A stretch of 64,000 nucleotides of DNA, from contig JANQNR010000005.1 of the NCBI GenBank assembly GCA_028279475.1, forward strand, positions 6,459 to 70,458, in the 5' to 3' direction. The position numbers and the translations under genes were made by a program. The notes beneath the pieces are model-generated. The model had not been told where the DNA came from. It searched no databases and saw only the letters and a program-made list of their open reading frames with translations. The stretch comes from Rickettsiales bacterium (GTDB taxonomy: Bacteria; Pseudomonadota; Alphaproteobacteria; Rickettsiales; UBA998). This document shows, in pieces, positions 29,940 to 39,042 of this stretch. Within the stretch, counting starts at the first letter, position 1; every line of letters begins with the position of its first letter.

Positions 29940-30069
29940 AGCTCCCCCCTTGAGGGGGAGCCGAAGAGCGCAACGCGCGATTCGGTGGGGGGCAATCATC
30001 TACCCCCCACGCATCGTCTTCGGTTCCGTTGTCACCTCGACTCTGCCGCTCCCCCTCAAGGGGGGAGCT
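29940..30069. repeat. Palindromic MITE-like element, family A, copy E2 (opposite orientation to E1)
   Basis: Termini AGCTCCCCCCTTGAGGGGGAGC / GCTCCCCCTCAAGGGGGGAGCT. The interior CGAAGAGCGCAACGCGCGATTCGGTGGGGGGCA... aligns with the reverse complement of E1. It fills the rmlA-rmlD intergenic gap. Confidence 0.8.
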
Positions 30070-30073
30070 ATAA

Positions 30074-30967
30074 ATGAGTATCATGACCACATCACCCCCC
30101 ATTCTCGTTTTTGGTCGCACCGGGCAGGTAGGCAGCGCCTTAGCTGCGTTGTTGGGGGATAGCGCCGTGATTGCCGGTCGTGAGGAAGCGGACTTTACCC
30201 AACCCGATACCTTTGCGTCATTGATCGATCGCGTGCAGCCATCGGCCATTATCAATGCCGTTGCTTACACGCAGGTGGACAAAGCCGAGGAGGAAGAAGC
30301 GTTAGCGTTTCAGGTGAACGCCACCGCGCCGGGCGCACTGGCGACGCTGGCGAAGGAGCGCGGCATTCCGTTCATTCATTATTCCACGGATTATGTGTTT
30401 AGCGGGCAGGGCTCGACGCCATTTAAGGAATCGGATGCGACCGCGCCACTGAATGCGTATGGAAGAAGCAAGCGCGCCGGGGAAAAAGCGGTTATGGCAG
30501 CCGGTGGTGACGTGCTGATCTTTCGTACCAGTTGGGTCTATGATGCGTTAGGAAAGAATTTTCTCACCACCATGTTGCGGCTGGGACAGGAGCGAGACAC
30601 GCTGAACGTGGTTGCCGATCAGATCGGTGCACCGTCTTATGCGCCGCATCTGGCACAGGCGACATTGGAGGCATTGAGCGCGGCGTCGGCGATGGAGCAT
30701 TTCCCGACAGGTATTTATCATCTGTGCAATGCCGGGGAGACGAGTTGGCATGGTTTTGCCTGTGCCATTTTCGAAGAGGCCCGCCAGGCGGGTATGGTGC
30801 TGGCACTGCAAGACTGCCACCCAATCCCTTCCGCAGACTACCCCACCCCGGCGGCGCGTCCGCTCAATTCCCGGCTGGATTGTACGAAGTTGCGCGAAGT
30901 ACTGGGCGTGCAACTGCCGGACTGGCGGGAGGGGGTGAAAGCGGCAATGGTCTCTCATTGCCATTAG
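30074..30967 (+). CDS. rmlD: dTDP-4-dehydrorhamnose reductase
   Basis: ILVFGRTGQVGSAL..., STDYVFSG, YGRSKRAGE. Confidence 0.9.
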   Translation: MSIMTTSPPILVFGRTGQVGSALAALLGDSAVIAGREEADFTQPDTFASLIDRVQPSAIINAVAYTQVDKAEEEEALAFQVNATAPGALATLAKERGIPFIHYSTDYVFSGQGSTPFKESDATAPLNAYGRSKRAGEKAVMAAGGDVLIFRTSWVYDALGKNFLTTMLRLGQERDTLNVVADQIGAPSYAPHLAQATLEALSAASAMEHFPTGIYHLCNAGETSWHGFACAIFEEARQAGMVLALQDCHPIPSADYPTPAARPLNSRLDCTKLREVLGVQLPDWREGVKAAMVSHCH

Positions 30968-30993
30968 TTACTGAATCCACTACAGTGCAACCC

Positions 30994-31917
30994 ATGATGA
31001 TTGTGATTCCCATTCCTGCGATTGGTGCCGGGTTGCTGGCGGCTGCGTTGGTCTATGCCGTGGCGCAGGGTTGGTTGTTTGGGGTAACCGCACCAATGCT
31101 GCCGTTGTTCACACTGGCGCTGGCCGGGATGGTCTATGGGCGCCCGGGGATTACGGTGGCGTCCGTGGCTGCATCGCTAGCACTGCTGGTGCTGCTACCC
31201 GTCTATGATGCACTGTTGATGGCGATGACGCAGATCATCCCGCTGATGCTGTTTATTCGCCAGATTATGGTGGTCACGCGCCACGCCTCGGCATCTCCTT
31301 TCGTCTGGACGTCTACCGGCGATGCAATGGCCATCATTGCGTTGTATGGTGCGTTGTTTTACGCGCTGATCATTGCGACGGGGAGTGGCCTCTATCACCA
31401 TGTCAGCGAGCGCATGGCGGCGCAGATGGGGGAAGTATTCGCCACGTTGGAACCTGAAGTGGCGGTGGCGCTGGAGAGCGCAGTGACCCAGATGCCGCAC
31501 GTGATTCTGGCCATGGAATACTGGTTTATCGCCATTTTACTGGTGTTGCTGACCTTGCTGGCGCAGATGGTGGCGGAGACCTTATCCATGGGGCGGCGTC
31601 CATCATTACGGTTATCCGATGATTCTCCGCCGAATCTGGTGCTGGGGGCGCTTGGCCTAGCCGGTATCCTTGGATTCACCGGGGTAGAAGCATTGGTGCA
31701 TGCCGGTCATGCTGCCGGACTAATTCTGCTACTGCCCTATTTCTTTTCCGGGTTGGGCATGGCGCATCGCACGATACGGCGCTGGCAAGGTGGAACGTTC
31801 TGGCTGGCCGTCTTTTACCTGCTGATGCTGCTGACCGGTTGGCCGTTACTGCTGATTACGGTGCTCGGACTGCTGCGCCATCTGAGCCGCTATACGCTGT
31901 CGTCGTCGACGCGGTAA
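30994..31917 (+). CDS. Polytopic inner-membrane protein of unknown function
   Basis: About 307 aa and almost entirely hydrophobic helices from MMIVIPIPAIGAGLLAAALVY. The ORF-track start at 30724 would overlap rmlD. Confidence 0.65.
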   Translation: MMIVIPIPAIGAGLLAAALVYAVAQGWLFGVTAPMLPLFTLALAGMVYGRPGITVASVAASLALLVLLPVYDALLMAMTQIIPLMLFIRQIMVVTRHASASPFVWTSTGDAMAIIALYGALFYALIIATGSGLYHHVSERMAAQMGEVFATLEPEVAVALESAVTQMPHVILAMEYWFIAILLVLLTLLAQMVAETLSMGRRPSLRLSDDSPPNLVLGALGLAGILGFTGVEALVHAGHAAGLILLLPYFFSGLGMAHRTIRRWQGGTFWLAVFYLLMLLTGWPLLLITVLGLLRHLSRYTLSSSTR

Positions 31918-32064
31918 ATTTGTTTGCAGTGGGTAGTTTTCTGATTTTTATGGAAATGACTCCATCTTGACAGAAGGGGCGTTTACCATTATTGATTGAA
32001 TGGTAAATTTAGTGTTCGCACTGATATTTCTTCCTGCTTCGCGCAGGGTAAATGGAGCAAATCC

Positions 32065-32430
32065 ATGACAGAACAAAAAGAAACCGGCTTGCAGGCTGAG
32101 GCCATTTGGCCTAAGCAGAGAAAGTTGGAGGGCGGCATCCTAATGTGGACACCACTATGGAAGCCTAAAGTTTTTTCCGAGTCTGACAAGCTGAGATTTG
32201 ACAATATAAGTGGTGCAAATGTAGTAGCCCGCTACAACGTGTTCACTCATGAGGCAGCGATTTCTCCAAGTCGTGGCTATCATCATTGCTTAAATGATTC
32301 TCCGGGTCAAGTGACTATAGAATCGGGCAAATGGTTTCAGGTCAGGTTTCCATGGTCAGCCTTGCTGATTGTGGAGGTGATTGTCGGAACAAGTCTGGAA
32401 GCATCCTTCGCGGTGCGGCGCTTGTTCTAG
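32065..32430 (+). CDS. Hypothetical protein (121 aa) in a lower-GC intergenic-like patch
   Basis: GGAG lies 7 nt before the ATG at 32065 (MTEQKETGLQ...), with TTGACA-N17-TATTGA upstream (31967-31995) and a T8 run downstream. No recognisable motif. Confidence 0.4.
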   Translation: MTEQKETGLQAEAIWPKQRKLEGGILMWTPLWKPKVFSESDKLRFDNISGANVVARYNVFTHEAAISPSRGYHHCLNDSPGQVTIESGKWFQVRFPWSALLIVEVIVGTSLEASFAVRRLF

Positions 32431-32608
32431 CGTTTGTCGGTTTCATTATTTCCGGTTCCCGTTTCTGATGCGTCAGGGCGGGATTTTTTTTGTGTGATCC
32501 CAATAATTTTATTTTGAAAGAGGGCGAAGGTTGCAAAACCGGGTGGAATGTCCTTATATACATGTCACAATAACACCCAACACCGCTTAAGGCAGGAGAA
32601 CAGACAGC

Positions 32609-33736
32609 ATGTCACGAAACAGGGGAGGCGGGCGCGGCCCGTGGGGATCAGCACCGGGAGGCGGCCAACAAGGCCCGTCACAGCGGCCCGGGCGCGAGGT
32701 CGAGCAGGTCGAGATCGAACAGTTTATCCGCAAAGGGCAGGAATCGTTCCGCAACGTGTTCGGCGGTGGCGGGCGCGGCGGCGACGGCGATGACGGTGTG
32801 CCGTCCTGGCGTCCGTTCTTCGTCGGGATTGCGATTTTATTGGCCTTGTGGTTTGCCTCCGGAATTTATCGGGTCGATGCCGATGAGCAGGGCGTCGTGC
32901 TGCGCTTCGGGAAATATCACCGCATCACCGAGCCGGGACTGAACTACCATATGCCGTTTCCGTTTGAGACGGTCTATACGCCGCGTGTGACGACGATTAA
33001 CCGCGAGGAAATCGGCTTCCGTACCCGTGCCGGTTCGACGAATCGGGTCAATGTGCCGGAAGAAAGCCTGATGCTGACCGGGGATAAGAACCTGGTGAGT
33101 GCCCAGTTTGAGGTGCAGTGGCGGATCAAGGATGCGGTGCGCTACCTGTTTAATCTGCGGGTGCCGGATCTGATGGTGAAACCGATTGCTGAGACCTCGT
33201 TGCGTGAGGTGATGGGTAATACGCCGCTCTCGCTGGCGCTGTCCGACAAGCGGCAGGCGATTGCCGATGAAACCCGCACCCTGATGCAGGCGATCCTTGA
33301 TGAATATGAGACCGGCATTGAAATTTACGAAGTGAATCTGCTGGCCGTCGATGCGCCGGAGCCGGTGGTCGATGCATTTATCGATGTTTTGGCGGCGCAG
33401 CAGGAAAAAGAAACCCTGCAGAACCAGGCGCTGAAATATCGTGACGGGATTATCCCAGTGGCGCAGGGGCAGGCCGAGAAGATGATTAAGGACGCGCAAG
33501 GGTACAAGGAAGCAGTCATTTCCCGGGCGACGGGGGAAGCGGCACGCTTTGCCTCGATCTATAAGGAATACCGTCAGGCGAAAGATGTCACCCGTAAGCG
33601 GATGTATCTGGAAACCATGGAAGAGGTTATGCGCGGTATGAACAAGATGATTATTGATGGAGGGAGCGGAGGCGGTGTCGTGCCGTATCTGCCGCTGCCA
33701 GAATTGCAGAAGAAATCCAGCGCGGGAGGTAACTAA
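32609..33736 (+). CDS. hflK: FtsH protease modulator HflK (SPFH domain)
   Basis: G/R-rich N-terminus, a TM segment, then an SPFH/band-7 core (GVVLRFGKYHRITEPGLNYHMPFPFE...). Confidence 0.92.
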   Translation: MSRNRGGGRGPWGSAPGGGQQGPSQRPGREVEQVEIEQFIRKGQESFRNVFGGGGRGGDGDDGVPSWRPFFVGIAILLALWFASGIYRVDADEQGVVLRFGKYHRITEPGLNYHMPFPFETVYTPRVTTINREEIGFRTRAGSTNRVNVPEESLMLTGDKNLVSAQFEVQWRIKDAVRYLFNLRVPDLMVKPIAETSLREVMGNTPLSLALSDKRQAIADETRTLMQAILDEYETGIEIYEVNLLAVDAPEPVVDAFIDVLAAQQEKETLQNQALKYRDGIIPVAQGQAEKMIKDAQGYKEAVISRATGEAARFASIYKEYRQAKDVTRKRMYLETMEEVMRGMNKMIIDGGSGGGVVPYLPLPELQKKSSAGGN

Positions 33737-34740
33737 TGTCAGGACGCGGAATCGGAATCGTCATCGCCGCCTTTTTGGTGCTCGGCGGGTTGATGAACTC
33801 CTTCTTTATCATTGACCAAACCCATCAGGCGTTGGTGCTGCGTTTCGGTAAGCCGGTGAATATCATCACCGAGCCAGGACTGCAATTTAAGGTGCCGTTT
33901 GTGGATTCGGTGGAAATCTATGACCGGCGCATTTTGACGCTGAATGCCGATCCGAAAACAGTGATCTTGCAGGATCAGGATCGCCTGATTGTTGATGCTT
34001 ATGTGACGTACCGTATCAGCGACCCGCTGCGCTTCTATCAGGCGGTGCGCTCCGAGCGCATCATGAACCAGCGACTGGAGAAGATGCTGGAGACGTCGTT
34101 GCGTGAAGTGCTGGGGCGTGAAGATTTGAATACGTTGCTCTCACCAAAGCGTTCCGAGATTATGAACACGATTCGTGAGAATGTGGCGCGGCTGGCAACG
34201 GGACGCGGTATTAAAGTTGATGGAAAAACCATCAAGGAGGAGGCGGTGCTTGTTGATGCTGCTGTGGTGGAAGTCGATAACAGTATTACTGACGAATTAT
34301 CGGAAGAGATTGCGCAGGATGTTGAAAAAAGCAGTGCCAAGCAGCGTGCTGGGTTTGGAGTGGAAATTGTCGATGTACGGATTATGCGTACTGACCTGCC
34401 GAAGGAAACCAGTGACCCGATTTATAACCGGATGGCATCCGACCGACAGAAAGTAGCGGAGAAGTTCCGCGCGGAAGGGCAGAAGGAATCGCAGATCATT
34501 ACCTCGGAGGCGGATCGCGAGCGCACGGTGTTGTTGGCCGATGCCGAGCGCCAAGCAGCGATCATTCGCGGGGAAGGCGATGCTGAAGCGACACGTATTT
34601 TTGCGGAATCGTTCGGTAAAGATACCGAGTTTTTCGAGTTTTACCGGGCGCTGGAAGCCTACCGTAAATCGCTGAATAGTGATGATACGACGGTGATTCT
34701 CTCGCCCGATCACGATTTCCTGAAATTCTTGGAGAACTAG
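33736..34740 (+). CDS. hflC: FtsH protease modulator HflC (SPFH domain)
   Basis: ALVLRFGKPVNIITEPGLQFKVPFVDSV..., immediately after hflK (ATG abuts the hflK stop). Contains an acidic insertion of about 40 aa. Confidence 0.92.
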   Translation: MSGRGIGIVIAAFLVLGGLMNSFFIIDQTHQALVLRFGKPVNIITEPGLQFKVPFVDSVEIYDRRILTLNADPKTVILQDQDRLIVDAYVTYRISDPLRFYQAVRSERIMNQRLEKMLETSLREVLGREDLNTLLSPKRSEIMNTIRENVARLATGRGIKVDGKTIKEEAVLVDAAVVEVDNSITDELSEEIAQDVEKSSAKQRAGFGVEIVDVRIMRTDLPKETSDPIYNRMASDRQKVAEKFRAEGQKESQIITSEADRERTVLLADAERQAAIIRGEGDAEATRIFAESFGKDTEFFEFYRALEAYRKSLNSDDTTVILSPDHDFLKFLEN

Positions 34741-34743
34741 ATC

Positions 34744-36198
34744 ATGCTTGCCATGTTACGTCCGTTGTTTGTTTTGTTGCTGATAACGACATTGGCTGCA
34801 CCACCGGTGCATGCGATGGAGAGTTTTGCGCCTGTCGTGGAAAAAGCGCTGCCGGCGGTGGTTAATATTTCGACCACGCAGAAGATTCCGGCGATGACAT
34901 TTCGTGGTTTGCCCGGACTACCCGGTGCGGAGGATGAACGCCAGCGCGAGTTAGAGCGGTTTTTGAAGCGGTTTGGTTTTCCATTTCACCAGTTTGAGCG
35001 CCCGGAGCGCGAGGTGAATTCTCTCGGTTCCGGTTTTGTCATTGATCCGGCGGGGTATATCGTTACCAATAACCATGTGATTGCTGAGGCGTCGGAAATT
35101 GTTGTGACCTTTGCCGATGAGTCCAAGCTGGAAGCGGAAGTGGTTGGGCGTGATCCGAAAACCGATCTGGCACTACTGAAAGTTACGCCGAAGAAACCAT
35201 TGGAATATGTTACATTTGGTAATTCGGATGCCCTGCGAGTGGGCGATTGGGTTCTCGCCATCGGCAACCCGTTTGGCTTGGGTAGTACGGTAACGGCCGG
35301 GATTATTTCCGCCCGTTCGCGTAATATCAATGCTGGGCCGTTCGACGATTTCCTACAAACCGACGCTGCGATTAACCGGGGGAATTCCGGAGGACCGATG
35401 TTTAACCGGCGTGGAGAAGTGATTGGTGTGAACACCGCTATTTTCTCTCCGTCAGGCGGGAGTGTCGGAATCGGGTTCGCTATTCCTTCAGCAATGGCCA
35501 AACCGATACTAGATCAGTTGCGTGAGCATGGCCGTGCCTATCGTGGGTGGCTCGGTGTTAAGATTCAGATTGTTACGGAAGAAGTGGCGGAAAGTATCGG
35601 GCTAGATAAGCCGATCGGCGCGTTGGTGTTGGAGCTTACGCCGGAGAGCCCGGCACAGAAAGCTGGCATCGAACCGGGTGATGTGATTATTGGGTTTAAC
35701 GGGGAAGAAGTCACGACGATGCGGGAATTACCGCGTATGGTAGCCGAGACACCGGTTGGCGAGACCGTGGAAGTTGAGGTCTGGCGTGGCGATCGCCGCA
35801 AAACCATTCGCTTGTCACTGGGAGAATTCCCGGAGGATGAAGAGCTGGCAGAACGTCACGGGAATGGGAAGGCGCCGGAGAGTCGACAGGGAGAACCGGC
35901 GTTAGGAATGTATGTAAAAACACTGGATGATGGTTTGAAGAAACGACTGGAACTGGATGCATCCGTGACTGGTGTTGTTGTGACCGAAGTCACTGATGAG
36001 AGCGAAGCCGCACGGCGTGCCTTGCGCCCCGGGGATGTGATTGTTGGTGTCAATCAGGCACGCATTGCATCAGTTGAGGCGTTGCAACAGGCAATTGAAG
36101 AGGCGCGTAATGCTAAGCGTGGTTATGTGCTGATGCGTGTTATTCGCAATGGAGCGTCCAATTACATTACTCTGCCGATTAAGGAAAAAGCGGAATAA
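34744..36198 (+). CDS. degP: Periplasmic serine endoprotease DegP/HtrA (Do family, two PDZ domains)
   Basis: Catalytic-triad context TNNHV, DLALLK and GNSGGPMF, followed by two PDZ-like segments. Confidence 0.93.
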   Translation: MLAMLRPLFVLLLITTLAAPPVHAMESFAPVVEKALPAVVNISTTQKIPAMTFRGLPGLPGAEDERQRELERFLKRFGFPFHQFERPEREVNSLGSGFVIDPAGYIVTNNHVIAEASEIVVTFADESKLEAEVVGRDPKTDLALLKVTPKKPLEYVTFGNSDALRVGDWVLAIGNPFGLGSTVTAGIISARSRNINAGPFDDFLQTDAAINRGNSGGPMFNRRGEVIGVNTAIFSPSGGSVGIGFAIPSAMAKPILDQLREHGRAYRGWLGVKIQIVTEEVAESIGLDKPIGALVLELTPESPAQKAGIEPGDVIIGFNGEEVTTMRELPRMVAETPVGETVEVEVWRGDRRKTIRLSLGEFPEDEELAERHGNGKAPESRQGEPALGMYVKTLDDGLKKRLELDASVTGVVVTEVTDESEAARRALRPGDVIVGVNQARIASVEALQQAIEEARNAKRGYVLMRVIRNGASNYITLPIKEKAE

Positions 36199-36240
36199 TC
36201 TCATGTATAGATCAAAAGAGTATGGGGGAGTACGGCAAAT

Positions 36241-38721
36241 TTAAACGACTGCCGTTTCGTCAGCCACTACCGCATCATCAGCCACGGCGGCATCATAGAT
36301 AGCGCCATAGGTCGTATTGAGAATATCGCTGCGTAACAGGTTGGTCTGGGTGACGATCGCAATTGCTGCCTGCACTCGTACCGACGCAACGGCAAACAGC
36401 GTGGATTCGGACGCCACGTCCGTGTCGCCGACCACGCCACGTGCTGCTTCCTGCTGAACAATGGCGGATTCCAGACCTGCGGTCACCGATTCGGCGCGGA
36501 TTTGCAGCGAGCCGACATAGGCACGCCGTGCGGTTACGGCGTCCTGCGCCGTGACCACCGCATCAAATGCCTGTACCGCCCGCTCAATGGTCTCGACTCC
36601 GATGCCTGTATCGTCAAAGATTGTGTTTGTGGAGGTGGTTTCCAACACGAAGGTTAGTTGTTCCGAAGGTGTATCACCCACCTGGAAGCCAACGGAACCT
36701 CCCTCCTGGAACAGGGTTTCTCCGATAGGCAGTTGTGCGCGGAGTAATGCTTCAAAGGCCTCGGCGTCATCATCAGTCACCACATCAAACTCGGTGGTAT
36801 CATTGAAAAAGGTAATCTGGCGTTCGGGATTATCAACGCTTTGCATGACAATCTGTAGATAGGGATCGACCGTATTGTCGATGAAGGTGGTGGAGCGGAA
36901 GGTCTCACCATTGATGGTCATGGAGACGATGGCGCCAGTTTCACTAAGCGCAGCCGCATCCTCGACCCCAATCACTTCCACATCTTCAAACAATAATGGC
37001 GTATCAAAATCCTGCAATCGCATGGTCATGCGTGTATCTGCTAGGTCACCGGCAGCACGATAGGTGGTGATCTCGCGCTCCTGGTAAAAGGTCAGCCCGG
37101 AAAAGGCAAAATCCAGGCGATCGGCAAACACATCGGCATCATCCTGGTTTTCCACCGGTGCACTTTTGTTATCAAACTCGATTTCAAAAAAGCCGCCATC
37201 TTCGGAATGCAGGCGCAGGCGGTTATTTGTGCCGTCGAACACGGTGGCCGTGTCGGCTTGGTAGGTGTGCTCACCGACAGTGAGCGAGAGACGTACCTGG
37301 TTATCGGCCAGATACTGTGCCTCAAACCCACTAATTTCACCGATAAACGCACTGTTATTGGATATGCCCTGAAGATTGACGCCGCTATCGGCACCATTGG
37401 TCATCAGATTGGCAGACAGCGTCGCATTTGCCATGTTTTCCAGAAACTGAGCGTTGTTTTCCCGTGTATCCATGGCGTTGCCCACGCCGACAAAGCGCAT
37501 GACCAGATCGGTGCCATCCCGCTGAAATTCCAGTTGGCGGTGGACGTGGGTATTGCGGTTGGCGCCGAACGTTTCCACCCATTCAGTCAGTTTGACCACG
37601 GCATTCTTGATAGTGTCTTCCACCGTGGCTCCGATCTGAATATGGAACGCATTGGCTGGGTTAGCATTGGTACGGAAGCGGAATTGGTTGGTGCCGTTAA
37701 ACCCATTATCAATGCGCAGGCGCTGGTTGTTGTTGGGTTGACCGGTCAGGCTCAGACGCACCTCGCCGGTGGTTTGATTCTGGGAGCTAATGAGGTCATT
37801 GTTCGTACTACCGGCCGCCTGTACACTGTTCATGCCGAGACCGTCCAGGTCAAAACTACCTAGTATATAGCGGTTCTGACCACCCGGATTGACCTGAATA
37901 CCGCCGATGGTATTGAAATGATTGCGTGCCGAGGATCCTTGCTCATCAATCGTGTAGAAGCGCGACAGATGTCCAGCGGATTTAGAGGTAATCTGGATGG
38001 CAGTTGGTGAAATCTTGGTATAGCTGGCTTCGTCAATCCGGCGTCCTGCTACTGTGTCCAATTGGGAATAGGCATTCAGCGCATTGACAAAATTATTGAC
38101 GCTTTCTGAAAGCGTTGCGCCACGCTGGACATGTAGTGGGTTATTAGGATTCACCGCGTTGCGGAACTGGAATTGCAAGTTCTGAATGCGTACGCGCCGA
38201 TTATTTCCTGGGTTCGAAACAAATTGTAGGATAGCAGAGCCCGAGTCGGTCAGCGTTTCATCGGACATCAACGCGCCGATCAGTTCGGTGGTTGCCTTGT
38301 CTCCCTGTAACACTTTGACTCCATTAAAATCTGTGCTCTCGCCGATGCGATCGATTTCCGCCTTCATCTGTTGGAATTCGAGATTGAGAAACTGGCGTTC
38401 ACTGTCCAGTAACGAACCGGAGTTGGCCTGCAGGGCAATAGCCTGCATACGGTTGAGAATAGTTTGTATTTCCGCCAGTGCGCCATCAGCGACTTGCAGG
38501 AGGCTTTCGGCTTGCAGGGAATTGAGCTGGGCACTTCTGAGGGTGGTAACGCGAGTGGCGAGCTTGGTGGCTACTGACAGTCCGGCAACATCTTCATACG
38601 CGCTGGCAATGCGGTCACCGGAGGACAAATGTGATACCGACGCGCTGACTACGCGTTGATGCCTTCCAATGGAAGTCACTGCGTCCTGCCCTGTAAGGCT
38701 AACCAATGATGTTAAACTCAT
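36241..38721 (-). CDS. Flagellin-family protein, unusually long (826 aa)
   Basis: N-terminal D0/D1-like helices (LSSGDRIASAYEDVAGLSVATKL...LQVADGALAEIQTILNRMQAIALQANSG...ERQFLNLEFQQMKAEIDRIGESTDFNGVKVLQG). The C-terminal helices (RRAYVGSLQIRAESVTAGLES...QAAIAIVTQTNLL) are followed by an acidic tail. Confidence 0.8.
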   Translation of the reverse strand: MSLTSLVSLTGQDAVTSIGRHQRVVSASVSHLSSGDRIASAYEDVAGLSVATKLATRVTTLRSAQLNSLQAESLLQVADGALAEIQTILNRMQAIALQANSGSLLDSERQFLNLEFQQMKAEIDRIGESTDFNGVKVLQGDKATTELIGALMSDETLTDSGSAILQFVSNPGNNRRVRIQNLQFQFRNAVNPNNPLHVQRGATLSESVNNFVNALNAYSQLDTVAGRRIDEASYTKISPTAIQITSKSAGHLSRFYTIDEQGSSARNHFNTIGGIQVNPGGQNRYILGSFDLDGLGMNSVQAAGSTNNDLISSQNQTTGEVRLSLTGQPNNNQRLRIDNGFNGTNQFRFRTNANPANAFHIQIGATVEDTIKNAVVKLTEWVETFGANRNTHVHRQLEFQRDGTDLVMRFVGVGNAMDTRENNAQFLENMANATLSANLMTNGADSGVNLQGISNNSAFIGEISGFEAQYLADNQVRLSLTVGEHTYQADTATVFDGTNNRLRLHSEDGGFFEIEFDNKSAPVENQDDADVFADRLDFAFSGLTFYQEREITTYRAAGDLADTRMTMRLQDFDTPLLFEDVEVIGVEDAAALSETGAIVSMTINGETFRSTTFIDNTVDPYLQIVMQSVDNPERQITFFNDTTEFDVVTDDDAEAFEALLRAQLPIGETLFQEGGSVGFQVGDTPSEQLTFVLETTSTNTIFDDTGIGVETIERAVQAFDAVVTAQDAVTARRAYVGSLQIRAESVTAGLESAIVQQEAARGVVGDTDVASESTLFAVASVRVQAAIAIVTQTNLLRSDILNTTYGAIYDAAVADDAVVADETAVV

Positions 38722-38907
38722 GAACCCTCGTATCTACCTGACAATGAAAGTGGCCTACTGCCACCATCGTCCCATACTAAATCAATTTTATTAATAAATT
38801 ATAAAAATATTATCTACAATTTAGCATAAAATAGTAAATTGCTTCATATAGGAACATAAGAAAATAGCGTAGACTCAGCGCATTATTGGATGATTAGTGG
38901 TATGCCT

Positions 38908-38934
38908 GCATCGGCATTGATACGCGATCTTTCA
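38908..38934 (-). promoter_or_regulatory. Weak candidate sigma-28 (FliA) promoter upstream of the flagellin gene
   Basis: The minus strand reads TGAA-N15-GCCGATGC against the consensus TAAA-N15-GCCGATAA, about 190 nt upstream of the ATG. Confidence 0.3.
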
Positions 38935-39042
38935 CTTTTGAAATTCCATGAGGAATTCTTACGTTGAACTGCAATAGTTGCATTCATAGCCTGTCACGAA
39001 TACAGTTGGCTTTCCTGTTTAGCACATAACACGAGTGACCAT

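Noticed and set aside
29644-30255. 203-aa minus-strand ORF spanning the rmlA 3' end, repeat E2 and the rmlD 5' end
   Set aside because: It overlaps two well-supported plus-strand genes and is held open only by the G/C-rich palindromic element. Its PPQGGS-like segment simply mirrors the repeat.
30724-30993. N-terminal extension of the membrane-protein ORF overlapping rmlD. The analogous extensions are 1863-1934 (second receiver gene) and 11846-11923 (PBP1A).
   Set aside because: The extensions overlap well-supported upstream genes or have implausible composition. Internal ATGs give sensible N-termini.
31996-32500. Possible structured RNA (SRP RNA, RNase P RNA or tmRNA) suggested by short strings such as CAGGTCAGGT and ACAGAAC...CCGGCTTG
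   Set aside because: The flanking universally conserved blocks are absent on both strands: GGAAGGAAGCAGCC for SRP RNA, GAGGAAAGTCCGGGC for RNase P RNA, and the tRNA-like 3' end for tmRNA. The similarity is only short chance matches.
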